Assembly: GCA_902515455.1 (NCBI GenBank)
Contig: CABXUO010000002.1
Location: 3,961-67,960, forward strand
Direction of reading: 5' to 3'
From: an uncultured SAR86 cluster bacterium
GTDB lineage: Bacteria > Pseudomonadota > Gammaproteobacteria > Magnimaribacterales > D2472
DNA: 64,000 nt
In this document: positions 58,332-64,000 of the stretch, piece after piece
Numbering within the stretch: position 1 is the stretch's first letter
Layout: every line of letters starts with the position of its first letter
Program-made: the position numbers and the translations under genes
The notes under the pieces: model-generated
The model's database searches: none
Seen by the model: only the letters and a program-made list of their open reading frames with translations
What the model was told of the DNA's origin: nothing

Positions 58332-59794
58332 TGGAAAGTATTGAAATTTTAGCAGTTGTTGAATCTGTTTCTAATGAGAAAGGTATCGAAGAAGAAATAA
58401 TATTTAGAGCACTAGAAATAGCCATTGCTAGCGCATCTCTTAGGCATTTCCATGAAGATGCAGATATATCTGTTTCTATTGATCAATCAACAGGAAAATA
58501 CAACACACATAGACATTGGATTGTAGAAAATGAAGATTCTGAAGACTTTCATAAGGAAACTCATATTTCAGAATTAGATTCTAAAATGAGTGTTGGTGAA
58601 ATATTTTCAAAGGATGTAGACAATGTTGTTTTTGGGCGAATTGAAACTCAAGCTGCCCGTCAGGTAATGATGCAGAAAGTGAGGGAAGCTGAAAGGGACA
58701 CAATTGTGGCAATGTTCAAATCTCAAGATAATTCTTTAATGAATGGAACAGTTAAAAGAGTTACAAGGGACAATATTATTGTTGGTATCGGAAATGACGT
58801 CGAAGCAATTCTTCCAAGAGATCAATTGCTCCCAGGCGAGATATATAAAATTAACGATAGGATGAGAGCTATTTTACAGATTAAAGAAATTGAAGGAAGA
58901 GGCTCTCAATTAATGCTTAGTAGAACCTGTCCTGAAATGGTAACAGAGCTATTTAGAATTGAAGTCCCTGAAATTAATGAAGATATTATTGAAATAAGAG
59001 GAATCGCTCGAGATGCAGGCTCTAGATCAAAGATTACTGTTAAAACAAATGATGGACGGATAGATCCTGTTGGAGCTTGCGTTGGAATGCGTGGTTCAAG
59101 AGTGCAATCAGTTTCTGGTGAATTGGGAAATGAAAGAATAGACATTATTATTTTTGACGATAATCCTGCACAAATGGTGATAAATTCTCTCGCTCCTGCA
59201 AAAGTTGAATCAATTGTCATGGATGAAGATTCCCGCTCTATGGAATTAGCCGTGAATGAAGAAAATTTAGCTTTGGCAATTGGCTCAAGAGGTCAAAATA
59301 TTAGACTAGCATCAAGACTTGTTGGTTGGGAGTTAAATATTATAAGTAGCAATGAGGCTGAGGCGAAAGAAAGAGTTGTAGAGGCAGAATTTCAAGCTAA
59401 GCTAATGGATAATTTGAGCATCGACGAAAAAGAAGCTGAAGCATTAATCAGAGGAGGGTTTTTAACTTTTGATGATGTTGCTTATGCTGAGGATGGAAAG
59501 TTATCTTCTACCATGCAAATTGATGAGGCTAGAGCTGAAGAAATAAAAGCCTCAGCAGCAGATGCTGCTTTGATGGAAGCTATGGGTGAGATTACTCTAG
59601 AAGAATCAAATTTGGAGTCACTTACAGAATTAGGCTTTAGTGAGGAGGAAGTAGAAACTCTTGTTTCCAAAGCTCTTAAAAGTAAAGATGATATTGCAGA
59701 ATTAGCTGTAGATGAACTTCAAGATGTAATTGAGATAAACGAAAAGAAAGCAGCAGATATTATTATGAAAGCAAGAGAAAGTTGGTTTAATTAA
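58331..59794 (+). CDS. nusA: Transcription termination/antitermination factor NusA
   Basis: 487 aa. N-terminal ILAVVESVSNEKGI, an S1 domain, two KH domains (GACVGMRGSRVQ; AIGSRGQNIRLA), and an acidic C-terminal repeat region. Confidence 0.95.
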   Translation: MESIEILAVVESVSNEKGIEEEIIFRALEIAIASASLRHFHEDADISVSIDQSTGKYNTHRHWIVENEDSEDFHKETHISELDSKMSVGEIFSKDVDNVVFGRIETQAARQVMMQKVREAERDTIVAMFKSQDNSLMNGTVKRVTRDNIIVGIGNDVEAILPRDQLLPGEIYKINDRMRAILQIKEIEGRGSQLMLSRTCPEMVTELFRIEVPEINEDIIEIRGIARDAGSRSKITVKTNDGRIDPVGACVGMRGSRVQSVSGELGNERIDIIIFDDNPAQMVINSLAPAKVESIVMDEDSRSMELAVNEENLALAIGSRGQNIRLASRLVGWELNIISSNEAEAKERVVEAEFQAKLMDNLSIDEKEAEALIRGGFLTFDDVAYAEDGKLSSTMQIDEARAEEIKASAADAALMEAMGEITLEESNLESLTELGFSEEEVETLVSKALKSKDDIAELAVDELQDVIEINEKKAADIIMKARESWFN

Positions 59795-59812
59795 TAAAAG
59801 GAAGTTATTGAT

Positions 59813-62116
59813 TTGGGACTTACTGTAAAAGATTTCGCAAAAACCTTAAAAATTAAGGATGAAGCCTTATTAGAGAGGATGAAGGCTGCTGGGCTGTCTC
59901 ATAGTAAATCCTCAGATGAAATTACTCCTGCTGATAAATTAGCAATACTCAAATCTTTAAAAGAACGAAAAGGTTCTTCAGCCTCTCCTGTTACTTCATC
60001 ATCAAGCAGTGGAGGAGTAAAAGTTAAATCAAAAGGAACTCTTTCTCAACCTACCTCGCCTTCTCCAAGTTCTTCAGATGGCCTTAATGACAATATTGAA
60101 GCAAAAAGGCAAGCAGCTGCTGAAAATTTAAAGGAACAGCAGCAAAAAAGGGAAGATCAGATTAAAGAGGCTATTCGCATCAAACAAGAACAGCAACAAG
60201 CAGCTAAGAAAGCTCAACAGCCAAAGCCTGCCTCTCAGCAAAAACCTCAGCCGCGGGTCAATGTTAAAGACCAATTATCAAGAGCAGCAAAGGATTACTC
60301 CAGACGTGAAACAAGTTTTAATGAAGGAACTGAACATCAATTTGCAAAACCTATTGAATTCATAAAGCGTGATATAGAAGTTCCAGATATGATTCAGGTT
60401 GGCGAACTTGCTAAGCTTATGTTCATAAAGGGTGGAGAAGTTGTAAAAGTTTTGATGAGCATGGGAGTTGCTGCATCTATAAATGACTCAATAGATCAAG
60501 AGACAGGAATTCTAGTTGCCGAAGAGCTTGGTCATAACGGAATCGCACTAAGTGATTCGTCAGTAGAAGATGAGATTATTGGTAACATAAATTATACGGA
60601 CACACCAAAAGCAAGAGCACCAGTTATTACGGTTATGGGTCATGTTGATCATGGCAAGACAACTTTACTTGATTTTATTCGAAAGACTAAAGTTGTAGAT
60701 GGGGAAGCTGGAGGAATTACACAGCATATCGGGGCATATCAAGTTCCAGTTGATGACTCTGTTATTACATTTATAGATACTCCCGGTCATGCTGCATTTT
60801 CATCTATGAGAGCAAGGGGAGCTAATACTACTGATATTGTCATTTTAGTTGTAGCTGCAAATGATGGAGTCATGCCTCAAACTGAGGAGGCTATTAATCA
60901 TGCCAAAGCAGCTGGCGTTTCTATTGTTGTCGCGATAAACAAAATGGATCTTCAGGGAGCAGATGTAGAGAGAATAAAAGGAGATTTAGCAGCAAAAGAC
61001 TTAACTCCAGAGGATTGGGGTGGGAATATCCAGATGGTTCCTGTTTCTGCCCTTCAAGGTGATGGAGTCGATAAACTTTTAGAAGCCGTTGTTTTAGAAT
61101 CTGAGCTTTTAGAGCTCAAAGCTCACTATGAAGGCCAAGCTCAGGGAGTTGTAATTGAATCTGAATTAGATAAATTTAGAGGTGCTGTAGCAACTTTGCT
61201 AGTACAAAATGGTACCTTGAAAGTTGGAGACATGGTGGTCTGTGGCTCTGCTATTGGAAAAGTAAAAAGTATTATTAGCTCTGATGGAAATAAATTAAAA
61301 AGTGCTGCTCCATCATTTGCGGTAGAGATATTAGGTCTTAGCAGTGTTCCTGATGCAGGTGAGACTTTCCAAGTTGTCAAGAATGATAAAGAAGCACGTG
61401 AAATTGCAGAATTTAGAGAAAATAAAATCAAAGATCGAAAAGTATTAAAACAAAGAGATGAAAGCCTCGGCAATATATTCGAATCCATGGGTCAATCTGA
61501 TAAAAAAGTTCTCAATGTTATCTTAAAATCTGATGTTGCTGGCACCTCAGAGGCTATTGTTGGTGCTTTGTCTGATATTGGAAATGATGATGCATCCATA
61601 AAAGTTGTTGCATCAGGAGTTGGAGGAATTTCAGAATCTGATGCGAATCTGGCCTTAGCTACAGAATCAATTATTTTAGGTTTTAATGTTCGATCAGATA
61701 GCGCTGCAAAGAAGATTGTTGAAAGCGAAGAGATTATTTTGTCTTATCATAGTATTATTTATGAACTTATTGATGAAGTTAAAGCTAGACTAAGTGGCCT
61801 ATTAGATCCTATTGTTAAAGAAGAAATTGTTGGAATAGCAGAAGTATTAGAAGTATTTAACTCTCCAAAGTTTGGACAAGTCGCAGGCTGTGTGGTCGAA
61901 GAAGGATCTATCTTTAAAAATAAACCTGTAAGAGTCTTAAGGGATGATGTTGTTATCCATCAAGGCGAGTTAGATTCACTTAGAAGATTCAAAGATGACG
62001 TTGGTGAAGTTAAATCTGGAACAGAATGTGGTGTTGGCATTAAGAACTACAAAGATATTAGAACAGGCGACAAGATAGAAGTTTTTGACAGAAAAGAAGA
62101 GGCTCAAAGCATTTAA
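59813..62116 (+). CDS. infB: Translation initiation factor IF-2
   Basis: 767 aa. TTG start 8 nt after AAAGGAAG. GTPase motifs GHVDHGKTT, DTPGH and NKMD. Low-complexity S- and Q-rich N-terminal region. Confidence 0.95.
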   Translation: MGLTVKDFAKTLKIKDEALLERMKAAGLSHSKSSDEITPADKLAILKSLKERKGSSASPVTSSSSSGGVKVKSKGTLSQPTSPSPSSSDGLNDNIEAKRQAAAENLKEQQQKREDQIKEAIRIKQEQQQAAKKAQQPKPASQQKPQPRVNVKDQLSRAAKDYSRRETSFNEGTEHQFAKPIEFIKRDIEVPDMIQVGELAKLMFIKGGEVVKVLMSMGVAASINDSIDQETGILVAEELGHNGIALSDSSVEDEIIGNINYTDTPKARAPVITVMGHVDHGKTTLLDFIRKTKVVDGEAGGITQHIGAYQVPVDDSVITFIDTPGHAAFSSMRARGANTTDIVILVVAANDGVMPQTEEAINHAKAAGVSIVVAINKMDLQGADVERIKGDLAAKDLTPEDWGGNIQMVPVSALQGDGVDKLLEAVVLESELLELKAHYEGQAQGVVIESELDKFRGAVATLLVQNGTLKVGDMVVCGSAIGKVKSIISSDGNKLKSAAPSFAVEILGLSSVPDAGETFQVVKNDKEAREIAEFRENKIKDRKVLKQRDESLGNIFESMGQSDKKVLNVILKSDVAGTSEAIVGALSDIGNDDASIKVVASGVGGISESDANLALATESIILGFNVRSDSAAKKIVESEEIILSYHSIIYELIDEVKARLSGLLDPIVKEEIVGIAEVLEVFNSPKFGQVAGCVVEEGSIFKNKPVRVLRDDVVIHQGELDSLRRFKDDVGEVKSGTECGVGIKNYKDIRTGDKIEVFDRKEEAQSI

Positions 62117-62120
62117 CAGC

Positions 62121-62462
62121 ATGTCCTCAACAAGAGTCCCGAAGGTTGAAGATTTTTTAAAAAAAGAAATATCTCAAATTATTTCCTCGCAAGTCAGAGA
62201 TCCCCGGTATAAATTTCTAAATATTGTTGATGTAAAATGTTCAACCGACCTTGGCGTTGCAACAGTTTTTTATACCATTATTGATGGTGATATTTCTGAC
62301 GCACCTGATTTCAAATCCCTTGAAAAATTTGCGTCAATGGTAAGATCTAAGCTTTCAAAATTTATGCAAATTAGAAGAGTCCCAAAACTTACATTTAAAT
62401 ATGATAAGAGTCTTGAGAGATACAACAATATTGATGCCTTATTAAACTCATTAAGTGATTAG
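62121..62462 (+). CDS. rbfA: Ribosome-binding factor A
   Basis: ATG at 62121 (MSSTRVPKVEDFLKKEISQII..); the track's start at 62085 overlaps the end of infB. About 113 aa, in the conserved position. Confidence 0.85.
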   Translation: MSSTRVPKVEDFLKKEISQIISSQVRDPRYKFLNIVDVKCSTDLGVATVFYTIIDGDISDAPDFKSLEKFASMVRSKLSKFMQIRRVPKLTFKYDKSLERYNNIDALLNSLSD

Positions 62463-63297
62463 CGGATTTCTTTTAGTTAACAAAGAGCCTGGCATAACTT
62501 CGTCAAGGGTTGTGCAAATAATAAAAAAAAAATTTAATCTTAATAGGGTTGGACATTTAGGAACTTTAGATCCAATGGCGACTGGTCTTTTGATAATTGC
62601 AATAAACAGAGCAACAAAATTTGCATCTCTTTTTTTGCAAAGTGAAAAGTCATATCGAGCTGAGGTTACTCTTGGTATTCAAACAGATACTGATGATATT
62701 GAAGGAGAGGTTATTTCTTGCAAAGATGTAAATATAAATCATTTGCAAGCTAAAAAAACCTTATTAAGTTTTTTGGGTGAGAGCGTTCAATTCCCTCCAG
62801 ATTATTCAGCTCTGAAGCATAAAGGAAAACCTTTGTATAAGTATGCAAGAGATGGAATTAAGATTAAAAAAGCTGCAAGAAAGATATTTATTAAAAGTAT
62901 AAACAATATTTCGATAGAACTGCCTAAAGTTTCATTTGATATCAATTGCTCAAAGGGAACTTACATTAGATCTATCGCAAGAGATTTTGGTTTGAAGCTT
63001 GGTTGTGGTGCTAATTTATCAAAATTAATTAGAACAAGTCAGGAAAAATTTTTACTTTCCGATGCCTTCTCAATAGATCAGTTAAGCCTAGAAAACCTTA
63101 TATCATTGGAAAATGCTTTTGAGGATTTAGATTTTATCCAATTAAATGAAAAAGATAGCAGGGCATTTCTTCACGGCAGACCAGTTGAAACAACCCACAA
63201 TCATGAAAATTTGTTAAGAGTATATGATGCCTCAAATCAATTTATTGCAATAGGAAAAAATACCAGCAAGGGCTTCAAGCATGAATACCTTGTTTAA
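62455..63297 (+). CDS. truB: tRNA pseudouridine-55 synthase
   Basis: 280 aa with a GTG start. GFLLVNKEPGITSS and the catalytic HLGTLDPMATGLL. Confidence 0.9.
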   Translation: MISGFLLVNKEPGITSSRVVQIIKKKFNLNRVGHLGTLDPMATGLLIIAINRATKFASLFLQSEKSYRAEVTLGIQTDTDDIEGEVISCKDVNINHLQAKKTLLSFLGESVQFPPDYSALKHKGKPLYKYARDGIKIKKAARKIFIKSINNISIELPKVSFDINCSKGTYIRSIARDFGLKLGCGANLSKLIRTSQEKFLLSDAFSIDQLSLENLISLENAFEDLDFIQLNEKDSRAFLHGRPVETTHNHENLLRVYDASNQFIAIGKNTSKGFKHEYLV

Positions 63298-63387
63298 TAA
63301 GTAAATAAGTAATAAGCTACATCATCTTAAACTTTAGATATGCGAGGTTTGAGAGGATTTGGGAGCATATCCAAGGAGAATATATTT

Positions 63388-63657
63388 ATGGCTTTATTAA
63401 AAGAAGAAAAAAATAAAATTGTTAAAGAGTTTCAGAATAGTGACGCTGATACTGGCTCGCCCGAAGTGCAAATAGCCCTTCTCACAGAAAATATTAATAA
63501 ATTACAATCTCATTTTAAAATTCATAAAAAAGACCATCATTCAAGAACAGGTCTTATCAGAATGGTTAACTTAAGAAGAAAACTTTTAGCTTATTTAAAA
63601 AGAAAAAATCCGGAAAGCTATCAAGACATAATCAAATCTCTTAAATTAAGGGGATAA
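63388..63657 (+). CDS. rpsO: 30S ribosomal protein S15
   Basis: 89 aa from ATG 63388, preceded by AAGGAG. Contains [36 protein letters not shown]. The track's 63340 start is an upstream extension. Confidence 0.95.
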   Translation: MALLKEEKNKIVKEFQNSDADTGSPEVQIALLTENINKLQSHFKIHKKDHHSRTGLIRMVNLRRKLLAYLKRKNPESYQDIIKSLKLRG

Positions 63658-63669
63658 ACAAGGAAAATC

Positions 63670-64000
63670 GTGGAAGAAAATAAATTAAACACTCAATCTG
63701 TAGAATTTGAATACGGAAATAAAACTGTCAAAATCGAAACTGGAAAAATTGCAAGACAAGCTACTTCGAGCATTATTGTTACTATTGATAATTTGGTTGT
63801 ATTAACAACTATGGTTGCTAGAAAGGAAGCAGACCCATACAAAGATTTCTTTCCATTGGCTGTTTTTTATCAAGAAAAATTTTATGCTGCCGGAAAAATT
63901 CCTGGTGGATATTTTAAAAGGGAGGCGAGACCAACTGAGCAAGAAACCTTAACCTCGAGATTAATTGATAGACCCATTAGGCCTCTATTCCCAGAAGATT
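63670..64000 (+). CDS. pnp: Polyribonucleotide nucleotidyltransferase (PNPase), N-terminal part, 3' end off-window
   Basis: GTG at 63670. My own translation reads [86 protein letters not shown], the typical PNPase N-terminus. It is absent from the ORF track because it runs off the end. Confidence 0.9.
   Translation, partial: MEENKLNTQSVEFEYGNKTVKIETGKIARQATSSIIVTIDNLVVLTTMVARKEADPYKDFFPLAVFYQEKFYAAGKIPGGYFKREARPTEQETLTSRLIDRPIRPLFPED

Noticed and set aside
59975-60265. Ser-rich and Gln/Lys-rich low-complexity stretch in infB as a possible repeat element or insertion.
   Set aside because: The N-terminal region of IF-2 is normally variable and low-complexity, and the reading frame is continuous. 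This is not an independent feature.

Overview
AT-rich, very tightly packed gammaproteobacterial chromosome segment. Gene order from carAB to pnp follows the Pseudomonas-type arrangement. A streamlined marine lineage such as SAR86 is only a guess. All family calls come from reading motifs by eye, with no database search. I support about 55 CDS, 2 tRNAs and a few small regulatory candidates. I saw no rRNA, CRISPR array, transposase, integrase or phage genes.

Layout:
- 1-2117: astD (5' end off-window) and astB, from the arginine succinyltransferase pathway.
- About 2.1-33.8 kb: an accessory-looking metabolic block made of co-directional gene chains with overlapping or near-abutting stops and starts.
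  - (A) 3152-10373: FATP-type acyl-CoA synthetase, saccharopine-dehydrogenase-like reductase, NMO, three GSTs and two DUF1330 genes.
  - (B) 10420-16388: DUF2855, Cys-type sulfatase, small membrane protein, MBL hydrolase, SDR and NMO.
  - (C) 20264-16405, minus strand: DUF3604, parvulin-like PPIase and HupE/UreJ permease.
  - (D) 20364-25508: fused double kappa-GST/HCCA-isomerase-like protein, a second DUF3604 and two SDRs.
  - (E) 25633-33796: AGPS-like flavoenzyme, GlpD-like dehydrogenase, FGGY kinase, SDR, lone carboxyltransferase and alpha/beta hydrolase.
- 33.8-64 kb: core housekeeping genes. These are valS, pepA, lptFG, an RDD protein, a POT transporter, dapE, dapD, glnD, map, carAB, greA, rlmE, ftsH, glmM, tpiA, secG, tRNA-Leu(GAG), initiator tRNA-Met, rimP, nusA, infB, rbfA, truB, rpsO and the start of pnp.

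Best candidates for an undescribed system:
1. The divergent pair of exported DUF3604 (PHP-like) proteins, with a dedicated HupE-type metal permease, a PPIase-like protein and a fused double kappa-GST-like protein.
2. The AGPS-like / GlpD / FGGY kinase / SDR cluster, which reads like a bacterial ether-lipid (alkyl-DHAP) module.

Both are hypotheses that need homology, structure and neighbourhood searches I cannot run.
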